The position numbers and the translations under genes were made by a program. A model generated the notes under the pieces. That model saw nothing but the letters and a program-made list of their open reading frames with translations. It had not been told where the DNA came from and ran no database searches. This document shows positions 39,992 through 49,561 of a stretch of DNA of 64,000 nt, piece by piece; positions within the stretch are counted from its first letter, which is position 1, and each line of letters begins with the position of its first letter. The DNA lies in the NCBI GenBank assembly GCA_049515895.1, contig JBEKTQ010000007.1, positions 1 to 64,000 on the forward strand. Direction: 5' to 3'. Source of the stretch: Candidatus Bathyarchaeia archaeon (GTDB lineage Archaea > Thermoproteota > Bathyarchaeia > Bathyarchaeales > Bathycorpusculaceae).

Positions 39992-41802
39992 ATGAAAAGA
40001 CTACAAGTCATAATACTCGCATTTCTAATCTCATTATTAATCTGTGCATTCGTGAGTATGCAAACAAAAGCTGCTACACCTACGCCTACCCCAAGACCTA
40101 CGGCAACCCCCAGACCTACGGCAACCCCAACGCCTAAACCAACGCCAACACCAACGCCAACTCCTAAACCAACGCCAACACCAACGCCAACTCCTAAACC
40201 AACGCCAACACCAACGCCAACTCCTAAACCAACGCCAACACCAACGCCAACTCCACTCCTAAACCAACGCCAACACCAACGCCAACTCCTACTCCTACTC
40301 CAACGCCAACTCCAACTCCAACGCCAACACCAACGCCAACTCCTACTCCTACTCCTACTCCAACGCCAACTCCTACTCCAACGCCAACGCCAACTCCAAC
40401 GCCAGCTCCTACTCCAACTCCAACGCCTACTCCAACTCCAACGCCAACTCCAACGCCAACTCCAACGCCAGCTCCTACTCCTACTCCAACGCCAACTCCA
40501 ACGCCAACTCCTACTCCTACTCCTACTCCAACGCCAACTCCTACTCCAACGCCAACGCCAACTCCAACGCCAGCTCCTACTCCTACTCCAACGCCTACTC
40601 CAACTCCTACTCCAACTCCAACGCCAACTCCAACGCCAGCTCCTACTCCAACTCCAACGCCTACTCCAACTCCAACGCCAACTCCTACTCCTACTCCAAC
40701 GCCAACTCCAACGCCAACTCCAACGCCAACTCCTACTCCTACTCCAACGCCAACTCCTACTCCAACGCCAACGCCAACTCCAACGCCAGCTCCTACTCCT
40801 ACTCCAACGCCTACTCCAACTCCTACTCCAACTCCAACACCAACTCCAACGCCAACTCCTACTCCTACTCCAACGCCAACTCCAACTCCTACTCCTACTC
40901 CAACGCCAACTCCAACGCCAACTCCTACTCCTACTCCAACGCCAACGCCTAAACCGACTTCAACTTCAACTCCAACTCCAACGCCTAAACCAACTCCAAC
41001 GCCAACTCCAACTCCTACTCCTACTCCAACGCCAACGCCTAAACCGACTTCAACTTCAACTCCAACTCCAACGCCTAAACCGACTTCAACTTCAACTCCA
41101 ACTCCAACGCCTAAACCGACTTCAACTTCAACTCCAACTCCAACGCCTAAACCAACTCCAACGCCAACTCCAACTCCTACTCCAACTCCTACTCCAACTC
41201 CAACGCCAACACCAACACCAACCCCAACTCAAACACCAACGCCGACGCCTGCACCGACGCCAACACCAACATTGATGCCCACTCCAACACCAACGCCAAC
41301 GCCAACACCAGCAAAAGCGTTACCGACTGCAACGCCTTCAGCACCACTTGTCAAGGCAACGACAGATGATGGGGTAATAGTTGACCTTGCAATCAGCGGA
41401 AACATAACCAGTTCACAGATGTCTGACGTTACCATCGCGACAAACCCTTCCGTCAAGACAACAACAATATCTTTCACCGTAACAGGCGAAAGCGGAACCA
41501 CTGGCTTCAGCAACCTAACCATCCCAATAAGTGCAGTATCTGATGGAACCACGCCAACAATCTACATTGACGGTCTGCACGCTTCAAACCAAGGCTTCAC
41601 ACAGGACGCCAACAACTACTGTATATGGTACACAACCAGTTTCAGCACACATCAAGTAACAATACAATTCGCAATACCACCGACGTCGAAAGCCGCATCA
41701 TTAGAACCTTCGCTCGCTGTGGGCATAACCGTCCCCGAAATCAGTTTAATCTTCACGGTAATAGCCGTCAGACGTTTGACACGAAAACCAGAAGACGCGT
41801 AA
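39992..41802 (+). CDS. Frameshifted mucin-like Pro/Thr-repeat cell-surface protein (signal peptide, ~410 aa PT stalk, globular domain, C-terminal TM)
   Basis: ATG at 39992; a 1-nt deletion near 40255 moves the PT reading into the frame that continues to the 41272-41802 ORF. Confidence 0.8.
40076..41310 (+). repeat. Hexanucleotide-based tandem repeat (ACNCCN)n encoding (Thr-Pro)n, with higher-order 30-bp units
   Basis: acgcca/actcca/actcct arrays; cctaaaccaacgccaacaccaacgccaact tandem units. Confidence 0.95.
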
Positions 41803-41956
41803 GCGAGCGAAAACAACACACATATCAAGTCTAACACAAAGCCCTGTTTAACAACCAAATTTTGCGGTTCGCTCTGCTCGCTTCGCTCGCCACCGCTCAC
41901 ACCAACAAACCCAATTAGGAAAATAAAGAGAGAACATCAGAAAAATGCAGATAGCC

Positions 41957-42574
41957 CTAAAGCTTGCTTTTCATGATTTTTTCCGCTATTTCCAAGTCTT
42001 TGAACGTGTTTATGTTGAGTAATACCTCGAGTTCTTGCGTGATTAAGGCGTTTGTTTCTATCTTTGCTTCAGTTTGGCTTTTGGCGCCGTTAATGATGTT
42101 TACCCCTGACACGGCGTACCACTCGCCCTTGTACTCGTCGGTAGAGTCAACCGAGAGCCCTAAAGCTTCACGGGCTGAAATCGGCACGAAAACCGCGTAG
42201 AAGTCTTTCCCGCAAGCCTCAAACTGGCTGACTATTTTGTCGAGAAACTTGCCAGTGACAGCTGGAGAATCCGCTGGAACCGTTAAAATGGGACCCTGCA
42301 AATTGGCTTGGCGGACTGCCTGCTTCAAATCGTTGTGGTAACCCTTAGCGTCCGTCCGCACAACCTTCCAACCCATGCTTTGGCAGTGCTTCTCCGTTTC
42401 ACGCGTGTTGGGACTCGTTACCACGTAAAACTCCGAAATCTTCTCCGCACTCTCAACTGCCCCTGCAACCCAATCAAGTAGCGGCTTACCCATAAAATGC
42501 AGAAGCGGCTTTTCTACCGGCAATCCGATGCGCTTGCCTTTGCCCCCAGCCATAATCAACGCAGGAACTTTCAT
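41957..42574 (-). CDS. cobY: CobY-like NTP transferase (adenosylcobinamide-phosphate guanylyltransferase family), copy A
   Basis: ALIMAGGKGKR..EKPL, GY.NDL, GVNII, NINTFKDL. Confidence 0.75.
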   Translation of the reverse strand: MKVPALIMAGGKGKRIGLPVEKPLLHFMGKPLLDWVAGAVESAEKISEFYVVTSPNTRETEKHCQSMGWKVVRTDAKGYHNDLKQAVRQANLQGPILTVPADSPAVTGKFLDKIVSQFEACGKDFYAVFVPISAREALGLSVDSTDEYKGEWYAVSGVNIINGAKSQTEAKIETNALITQELEVLLNINTFKDLEIAEKIMKSKL

Positions 42575-43401
42575 AGCAGAATCAACACGCCTGCAAACAA
42601 AATAAGCATAACTGCCCGCGAAACCTCGTTTGTCGCGCCAATCACGTCGCCGGAAACCCCACCAAAGATGTTTTCTGCAACCTTCTCCATCACCATGGCC
42701 ACTGGGATGCTGACCAGAACTAGCCCGACGGCGATTAAACCCAAGTAGGGTCTGCCTGTCAAAGCGAAGAAGGGGTAAACAATCAGAATGGAAATTGCGT
42801 ACGCGATTATGTTGAGTTTGGTTTTCGCTTTTTGTAGGAAAATCGAGCCTAACCCTTTATGTGTGGGTTTGCCAACCCAGACGATGGTGACCATAGATAG
42901 CTTTGCTGAGATTTCGGCGGCGAGGATGGCTCCGAAAGCGTAAAGCGGGTTAATCAAGAACAAGCCTACAAACGCGACGAACTCGACAATCAGCGCTAAC
43001 AAGGCCCCCCAGTAGGTCACGGTCCACGCGTGCGCGACCATTTTACGGTCTTGCAAGTTTCTTAAGCCAAAGGCGTTTCCTAAATCGATTAAGCCGTCGA
43101 AATGTTGTAGCCCTGTAATGACGAGTAAAAAAGCTATGGTCATCGCGGCAACCGCAAGCTTTGAAAGCAGGTCAACTGGCAAGGCAACAAACGGGTTAAC
43201 TAAACCAAGCAGGAAATGGATGATGATGTTTGCTCCGAGAAAGTAGGCTCCCGCAAGAACGCCGATTAAGCCGCCGATTATGGGAAAGAGGTAAACGTGC
43301 TCTGCCGTCGTAAAAATGAAATCTTCTTTTCCGCCCACTGGGATAATCGTTAGGAAAGACAGCAAATCCCTAAAAGTTTTTATAGCTTTCTCAGGCGACA
43401 T
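42571..43401 (-). CDS. cobS: CobS-like membrane protein, copy A (degenerate motifs)
   Basis: SFLTIIP, FPIIG, TGLQHFDGLID, FGGVSGDVIGATNE. Confidence 0.75.
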   Translation of the reverse strand: MSPEKAIKTFRDLLSFLTIIPVGGKEDFIFTTAEHVYLFPIIGGLIGVLAGAYFLGANIIIHFLLGLVNPFVALPVDLLSKLAVAAMTIAFLLVITGLQHFDGLIDLGNAFGLRNLQDRKMVAHAWTVTYWGALLALIVEFVAFVGLFLINPLYAFGAILAAEISAKLSMVTIVWVGKPTHKGLGSIFLQKAKTKLNIIAYAISILIVYPFFALTGRPYLGLIAVGLVLVSIPVAMVMEKVAENIFGGVSGDVIGATNEVSRAVMLILFAGVLILL

Positions 43402-43448
43402 ATACCCTACACTAATTGAATCGGGATATAGACTTTGTCGTGGTAGTT

Positions 43449-44378
43449 ATGGGGGAACTCAAAGGGAAGAAGATACTTGTAACGGGCGGAGCAGGCTTCA
43501 TCGGATTCCACTTGTGCAGGCGTCTTACAGATTTAACTTCTAACTTGACGATTTACGATGACTTGTCAAGCGGCAAAATGGATAACGTTAAAGACGTTGG
43601 AAAAGTAAAGTTGGTTAAAGGAAACATCCTTGACCAAAAAAAGCTGCTTTCAACGGAAAAGGCTGATTTAATTTATCACTTAGCCGCCCAGGTTGTTGTC
43701 CCCTACAGCATGGAGAACCCGCTGATAGATTTCGAGACCAACGCAAAAGGAACCCTGCAAGTACTCGAAAAAGCCCGCAAAGACGACGCCAAACTTGTTT
43801 TCGCCTCCAGCGCCGCAGTCTACGGCAACCCGACTCAGCTGCCAACAAAGGAAGATTACGGTTTCCACCCGGTCTCCTGTTACGGCTTATCCAAGGTGGT
43901 CGGCGAAGAATATTGTGGAATGTACAGGGACCAATACGGGTTAGACGTGACCGTCGTAAGGTTCGCTAACGTTTACGGGTTAAGATGCCACGGGGTCATC
44001 CACGACTTCTTAGACAAAATAGCCAAGAACCCAAACAAACTTGAAATAATCGGCACTGGGTTGCAGTCACGCGATTTGGTGCATATTTCAGATGTAGTTG
44101 ACGCGCTCTTGACGGTGGGCTCGGAAGAATTCACAAATGGCGAAACCTACAATATCGGTTTTGGAACAACGACAAAAATAATTGACCTTGCCAACCTTAT
44201 CCTTCAAATTCTTAACTTGCAAAACAAAACTGTCATTACAACTACTGGAGTCTCTTGGCAAGGCGACATCAACACGATTTGGTTCGACATTTCCAAAACT
44301 AGAAAAGAGCTCCATTGGAACCCTAAAGTAAGCCTTGAAGACAGCATTAAAGAAGTCATCGCTGACAGGAAACTTTAA
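43449..44378 (+). CDS. NAD-dependent sugar epimerase/dehydratase (GalE-like)
   Basis: VTGGAGFIG, HLAAQ, ASSAAVYG, YGLSK, RFANVYG; likely ATG at 43449. Confidence 0.9.
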   Translation: MGELKGKKILVTGGAGFIGFHLCRRLTDLTSNLTIYDDLSSGKMDNVKDVGKVKLVKGNILDQKKLLSTEKADLIYHLAAQVVVPYSMENPLIDFETNAKGTLQVLEKARKDDAKLVFASSAAVYGNPTQLPTKEDYGFHPVSCYGLSKVVGEEYCGMYRDQYGLDVTVVRFANVYGLRCHGVIHDFLDKIAKNPNKLEIIGTGLQSRDLVHISDVVDALLTVGSEEFTNGETYNIGFGTTTKIIDLANLILQILNLQNKTVITTTGVSWQGDINTIWFDISKTRKELHWNPKVSLEDSIKEVIADRKL

Positions 44379-45265
44379 TGGCTGCTCCAGCCCCAGCCAG
44401 AGGACTAATCGCTCTTCTGCGACTTCCATACTGGCTGATGACTGGCGGCTTATCAGTACTAACAGCATTCGCCATCACAAAAAGCCCCCTAAGCCTGAGC
44501 GCGCAGACAGTTCTGCTGATTTTCTTTTCAATGGCTTTCATAACATCCGCCGGCTTCGCAGTAAACGACTACTTTGATAGAGAAAGCGACGCCGTGATCA
44601 AGCCAAAACGCCCCATACCTTCCGGCGCCCTGACTCTCAGACAGGTCGTGGTGGTTTCAAGCGTGCTTTTTGCAGCGGGTTTAGTCATGGCTTTCTTCAT
44701 CAACTGGTTAAGCTTCGCGATCATCGCTGTTGACTCCGCTTTGTTGCTGGTTTATTCGACGGTTGTGAAGCGTAAGTCAGGGTTTGCAGCAAACGTTCTA
44801 GTTGGAATTTTAACAGGCACCGCTTTTATGTATGGGGAAGCAACAATTTCTATTCCTCCAGCTGTAAGCATCGTTTCACTCAGCCTCTACCCGATAGCTT
44901 TGGGCACAGTAGGCGGCAACGTGCTTCGCGATGTCCTAAGCCTTGACGGGGATTCAAAAACGGGGTACCCGACGCTTCCTCAGAAAATCGGCATAAGCGA
45001 TTCAGCCAAGGTGGCCGCTGGGTTTTTCCTTTTGACTGGCTTGTTTGCGCCTCTTCCCTTTTTAGTGGGCAACTTCAACTTGTACTATCTTTTACCTATT
45101 CTTGTTTGGAGTTGTCTTCTGATTTACTCTTCAGTTCGCCTCGTAATGGCGTCTTCAAATGTTTTAAATGTGCGGAAGTATGAACGGGTTGTCACTATGT
45201 CAATGATTCTGCTTCCGTTAGCGTTGATTCTTCAAGCGCTATCCCACATAATCGGAGGGCTATAG
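44378..45265 (+). CDS. UbiA-family prenyltransferase, DGGGP synthase-like
   Basis: AVNDYFDRESDAVIKPKRPIPSG, LRDVLSLDGD..GYPTLP, multiple TM helices. Confidence 0.85.
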   Translation: MAAPAPARGLIALLRLPYWLMTGGLSVLTAFAITKSPLSLSAQTVLLIFFSMAFITSAGFAVNDYFDRESDAVIKPKRPIPSGALTLRQVVVVSSVLFAAGLVMAFFINWLSFAIIAVDSALLLVYSTVVKRKSGFAANVLVGILTGTAFMYGEATISIPPAVSIVSLSLYPIALGTVGGNVLRDVLSLDGDSKTGYPTLPQKIGISDSAKVAAGFFLLTGLFAPLPFLVGNFNLYYLLPILVWSCLLIYSSVRLVMASSNVLNVRKYERVVTMSMILLPLALILQALSHIIGGL

Positions 45266-46738
45266 GCGAGCGAAACAAAAAGTATTTGCCCAGAATGCCA
45301 GAAGAAAATAGACGCTAAATTAACCCAAGCTAACAGCAAAATAAAAATTACCAAACAATGCCCAGAACACGGCGATTTCGAAGCCACTCATTGGCAAAGC
45401 TTACCTGTTTTCAGCCACATGCAAACTTACGACCAATTCCAGTACCTCGGCGACTTAAACGCTCCCAAAAACCCTGAAGGCTGCCCATACGCCTGCGAAA
45501 CCTGCACTAAACACGCCTCAGGCACAGTCATCGGGGTAATCGACGTTACGAAACGCTGCAACCTCAAATGCGCCGTATGCTTCTCAACGTTTCCAGAGCA
45601 GGAAACCGACTACGAACCAACCAAAGAACACCTCATAAAAATGCTGGAATTCGTAAGCAAAGCTAACCCCAAGCCGCCAGCCATCTTGTTCTCAGGCGGA
45701 GAACCCCTTGAACGAGAAGACATGCCTGAAATCATCGGCGTCGCCCACAAACTAAAGTTCATGACAATTCTTGCAACCAATGGGACACATTTGGTTGATA
45801 CTCCGGGGTTGGCAAAGAAGCTGAAAGACAAAGGCTTAAACATCGTTTATTTATCGTTTGATAGCTTCCATGACGATTTTAACAAGAAGATTAGAGGAAA
45901 AGCACTATTAGAAGAAAAACTCAAGGCTATCGACGTTTGCCGCAAATACGACATGGAAATCATATTAGTTAACACTTTGATGAAGAGTTTGAACGATAAG
46001 GAAGTCGGCGACATGATACGATTCGCCGCCAAAAATACCGACATAGTTCGAGGCTTGATCTTCCAACCAATCGCTTTCACTGGCAGAGCCACCGAGAACC
46101 CCTTCCGTGAAAACTTCCGCGAGTGGTCCTTTGCAGAAGACGTTGAGAAACAAACATACGGTGAAATAAAAACCACTGATTTATTCCCTATGTCCGTTAT
46201 GACTTCGCCAATCAAGATAATGCGCAAATTTATGCAGAAACCATGGCCCCTTTTCTCTTGCAGCCCCCAATGCGGTATCGTGAATTGGATTTACGTTTCT
46301 AAAGAGGGCAAAATGTTCCCAATCAACCGTTTTGTCAACTTTGAACGCTTCTTTTCTACAATTCGAAAAACCGCTGAGTCCGCTGAGTCTAAAGGCAAGT
46401 TCTCGCTTCTTTCTTCACTATTTATGGCGTCCATGCTTTCCATGAACATGTTGTTGGTAACCCAAGAAGTAGGAATGCTGACTCTGATGAGCTCGATTAT
46501 GCGCATGCATCTTTCGCCCTCTTACCAGTCGCTAGGCAAAATCCGCAGAAGAATCTTTCTGCTAGGGTGCATGGCGTTTATGGATTCATACAACTTCGAC
46601 GTCAACCGCGTAAGACGATGTGTAGTCCACTATATCACGCCTGACTTGAAAATCATACCTTTTTGCGCTTACAACAACATCCATCGAGTGGCTATCGAAA
46701 AAGAGTACGCCGCAAAACACAAGAAATCTCAAACTTAG
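45266..46738 (+). CDS. tes: Tetraether lipid synthase (Tes/GDGT-MAS)-like radical SAM protein; true start unresolved
   Basis: SICPEC...CPEHG rubredoxin-like N-terminus (upstream of the ATG at 45419), CPYACETCTKH, IDVTKRCNLKCAVCF, FQPIAFTGR, QCG, GCMAFMDSYNFDVNRVRRCVVHYITPD..IIPFCAYN. Confidence 0.8.
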   Translation, partial: ASETKSICPECQKKIDAKLTQANSKIKITKQCPEHGDFEATHWQSLPVFSHMQTYDQFQYLGDLNAPKNPEGCPYACETCTKHASGTVIGVIDVTKRCNLKCAVCFSTFPEQETDYEPTKEHLIKMLEFVSKANPKPPAILFSGGEPLEREDMPEIIGVAHKLKFMTILATNGTHLVDTPGLAKKLKDKGLNIVYLSFDSFHDDFNKKIRGKALLEEKLKAIDVCRKYDMEIILVNTLMKSLNDKEVGDMIRFAAKNTDIVRGLIFQPIAFTGRATENPFRENFREWSFAEDVEKQTYGEIKTTDLFPMSVMTSPIKIMRKFMQKPWPLFSCSPQCGIVNWIYVSKEGKMFPINRFVNFERFFSTIRKTAESAESKGKFSLLSSLFMASMLSMNMLLVTQEVGMLTLMSSIMRMHLSPSYQSLGKIRRRIFLLGCMAFMDSYNFDVNRVRRCVVHYITPDLKIIPFCAYNNIHRVAIEKEYAAKHKKSQT

Positions 46739-47256
46739 TTTATAACTTGAATCGGCAAGACGCAATAGTCATAAGTAAACTGGTACGCGCCGCCATCAGG
46801 ATTGAACTTGTACAGTTCAAAAACAACCCAGTAGCTGCCGACCTGATTTTCCGTGACGGTGATTGACTTCTCCCAACTTTGGCCATTTTTTAGGGTCATA
46901 TCGTAGGTTCCAGTTGGCTGAACGTTAACCGGAGAAGAATTAAGATTGTTGGTTATTTTCACCAAAACTTGGTATTGCACGGTCCATCCCACGTTATTGA
47001 CAACAGTGAGCGGCGCACTAAATGTGCTATTCTGGTTAGCAATCAAAATCTGCGGGTAATCAACCGCTTTGTTTTGCGAATCAAGCAGGTAAATCGTGCT
47101 GTAACCTTCGGGCGCGGGTTTATAGAGCAAATAATACCCTGCCAGCAACGATGCAATAATAATTAAGGCAAGGGCGATTGCAACTATGTAGCCTTTGTCA
47201 TCGTTTATGCCTATTTTCTCTCCAATGTTTTTGGCACGTTCTAACTGTATCCGCAT
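46735..47256 (-). CDS. DUF1616-like membrane-anchored protein
   Basis: TM followed by EGYSTIYLLD...A.DYP..L..N, VNN.G..V.Y, VVFELY. Confidence 0.7.
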   Translation of the reverse strand: MRIQLERAKNIGEKIGINDDKGYIVAIALALIIIASLLAGYYLLYKPAPEGYSTIYLLDSQNKAVDYPQILIANQNSTFSAPLTVVNNVGWTVQYQVLVKITNNLNSSPVNVQPTGTYDMTLKNGQSWEKSITVTENQVGSYWVVFELYKFNPDGGAYQFTYDYCVLPIQVIN

Positions 47257-47935
47257 CTAGAAATCCCTTGAATATTGTGCTAAATATTTCAATACCCGAC
47301 TTAAATGGTTTAAGCTTAGTCTTCCCGTATTTGCGGGGTTTGTATGTAGTGGGGATTTCAACCATGTTATATCCAACCTTGGCGAATTGCACCAGCATTT
47401 CAGTGGCAAAAGCCATGTCACCTTCTACTAGAGGAACGTTGTCGATGGCTTCGTGTGATATTGCTCGGAATCCTGATTGCGTGTCGCTGAGCAGTTGACT
47501 GTAAAAGAAGTCGTAGACCATGGTTATTATTTTGTTTCCGATGAAATTTTTAAATCCCATGGCTTTTTTCGGGTCGAACATCCGCGTGGCTAAAACCATG
47601 TCTGCGTCCTTCTCAACCATTCTCTCAAGCAAGCGGTTGATGTGTTTTACCTCGTAGGTTCCGTCACCGTCAACCATGACGATAATGTTTCCCTTTGCAT
47701 TTTTCATGCCCGTTCTGAGAGCGATTCCGTAGCCGCGTCTCGGCTCAATAATGAGCTTGCAAAAACTCGTGTCCTTAACGATTTCTATTGTCCCATCTGT
47801 GGAGTTGCCGTCAACGACAATTATCTCCTTCGGGTACGCCAGTTCCTTCTCGATGGTTGTCACTGCCTCAAGAATGTTTCCCGCTTCGTTAAGCGTTGGA
47901 ATAACGACCGAAACCATTTCAACTTTTGATGTCAT
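47198..47935 (-). CDS. GT2 glycosyltransferase (DPM-synthase-like)
   Basis: SVVIPTLNEA, VDGNSTDGT, GYG.AL..G, VDGDGTY, DTQSGFRA. Confidence 0.9.
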   Translation of the reverse strand: MTSKVEMVSVVIPTLNEAGNILEAVTTIEKELAYPKEIIVVDGNSTDGTIEIVKDTSFCKLIIEPRRGYGIALRTGMKNAKGNIIVMVDGDGTYEVKHINRLLERMVEKDADMVLATRMFDPKKAMGFKNFIGNKIITMVYDFFYSQLLSDTQSGFRAISHEAIDNVPLVEGDMAFATEMLVQFAKVGYNMVEIPTTYKPRKYGKTKLKPFKSGIEIFSTIFKGFLDADTVRTCQKHWRENRHKR

Positions 47936-47978
47936 GGCAAACTCCCATCGTGAAGGCTATAGTGTCTTCGCATCAAGG

Positions 47979-49136
47979 TTAAATAAGCTCTTCGTATATT
48001 TCCACGAGAGTTTCAACGTTTCTGTCCCAGCTATACTTTTCTTCAACCGCAGCCCGAAGCTCCCCTATGCCACAGGATAAATCAGCATCCGAATATTCTA
48101 AGATTGCTTTAGCCATGAGCTCCGGTTGATTGGGCGGCACCAACTTACCGAAATCTTCCATTAGAATCTCCTTTATTCCCCCGACGTTTGTAGCTATAAT
48201 CGGCAAGCCACAAGCCATCGCTTCAAGCGCAACCAAAGGCAAACCTTCACCAGATTTTGATGGCAACAAAAAGAAGTCAGCCGCATTATAACAGGAAGGC
48301 AAATCCCCATCGCTGACGAAGCCGGCAAGCCGAAAGTTTTTTTCTATCCCTAACTGACAAATTCTGGTTTGAACGTCGTTTTGATCGGGTCCTTTCCCCA
48401 CAACAAGGAAAACAAGGTTTGGATTCTTCTTGACCGCGATGTTTGCGCTTTCAATCAACGTGTCGATCCCGTTCTTGTAAACAAGCCTCCTCACAGTCAA
48501 GGCCACGACCGCGTTATTTGGAATCCCAAATTTGAATCGCATTTCCTCCCGTTTTCCCGGAAGATGCCTAAAATGAACCAGGTCAACGCCGTTATGCAGA
48601 ACTCTGATTTTGTCTGGTTTTGCACCCAAACTGAGGACATACTCTCTGGTTGCGTTACTCACCGTGATTATTCTGTCTGCTTCTTTAAGCGTCTCCGTTC
48701 CAACTGTCAGGTCGTTTAGGCGCTCGACTTTGTCAAACATGCTGTCGTACTGAATGAACGTGTTGTGCTGAGTTAAAAAAAAGGGCTTTCCATACCTTTT
48801 GGCAAGTTTGGCAGCAATAAGCGACGTAAGGTAGGGGTGACCATGCGCGTGAACTATATCGCTTGCCTTCACGGCTCTAAGGAAAGTTTCAAGGCTTGTG
48901 GGCGTTGGGATCGAGTAGGGTATACCCAGGCGAAAGCCTGTGTTTAAAGATTCATAGCATTCAACGTTTATGCCTTCGACTGAATAGGTTTTAGGGGTGT
49001 CGATGCGGTTGGTGACAACTGTGGGCTTGAAATTCTTCATCATTAGCCGCTTGCTCTGTTCATAAACAACCTTTTCTATCCCGCCGACATGGGGTAGAAA
49101 AGTATGCGTAACGATGCACAGCCTTGTTTGAACCAT
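47979..49136 (-). CDS. GT4 glycosyltransferase
   Basis: Likely ATG at 49136; FLPHVGGIE, HNGVD, EGLPLVALEAMACGLP. Confidence 0.9.
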   Translation of the reverse strand: MVQTRLCIVTHTFLPHVGGIEKVVYEQSKRLMMKNFKPTVVTNRIDTPKTYSVEGINVECYESLNTGFRLGIPYSIPTPTSLETFLRAVKASDIVHAHGHPYLTSLIAAKLAKRYGKPFFLTQHNTFIQYDSMFDKVERLNDLTVGTETLKEADRIITVSNATREYVLSLGAKPDKIRVLHNGVDLVHFRHLPGKREEMRFKFGIPNNAVVALTVRRLVYKNGIDTLIESANIAVKKNPNLVFLVVGKGPDQNDVQTRICQLGIEKNFRLAGFVSDGDLPSCYNAADFFLLPSKSGEGLPLVALEAMACGLPIIATNVGGIKEILMEDFGKLVPPNQPELMAKAILEYSDADLSCGIGELRAAVEEKYSWDRNVETLVEIYEELI

Positions 49137-49561
49137 GGAAACCCAACAGCGTAAACTCCTCAATCGACAAGCAATTATAAGCCTTCTGGTAAATTTACAC
49201 ACAGGCGCTCACAGGTGGAACAGTTCAAATGCACTCTCTAAGTGGAAATCGCGGCTATTGAGCGTAAAATTTTTTTGAGCGCCTCGTATTCATCGAAACC
49301 AAAATACTTATATGAAGAGGTTGGATAAACCAACCAAACACGGGCGGATAATTTGCTGAAAATCGAGAAAAGACCGCTTATTCCACTCAATCTTCTACCA
49401 ATCGGCATATTATCTGGATATTTAACGACCAAAACCACGTTTTCCTGTTCACACGTTTCTGAGCTTATTTTGCCTAAATCGTTTGCAAGTCACGTTCACT
49501 TTGAACCAGTTGAGAAATCAACGGTTAAGGGTGAAGGACAATTACGGAGGATATAACCAGA

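Noticed and set aside
40256-41275. Gln/Leu/Arg-rich protein in the 39959-41275 ORF
   Set aside because: Out-of-frame reading of the Pro/Thr repeat after the frameshift
41803-41896. Inverted repeat gcgagcgaa/ttcgctcgc as a MITE or REP
   Set aside because: Only 9 bp, no array in the window and no transposase; compatible with a terminator region between convergent genes
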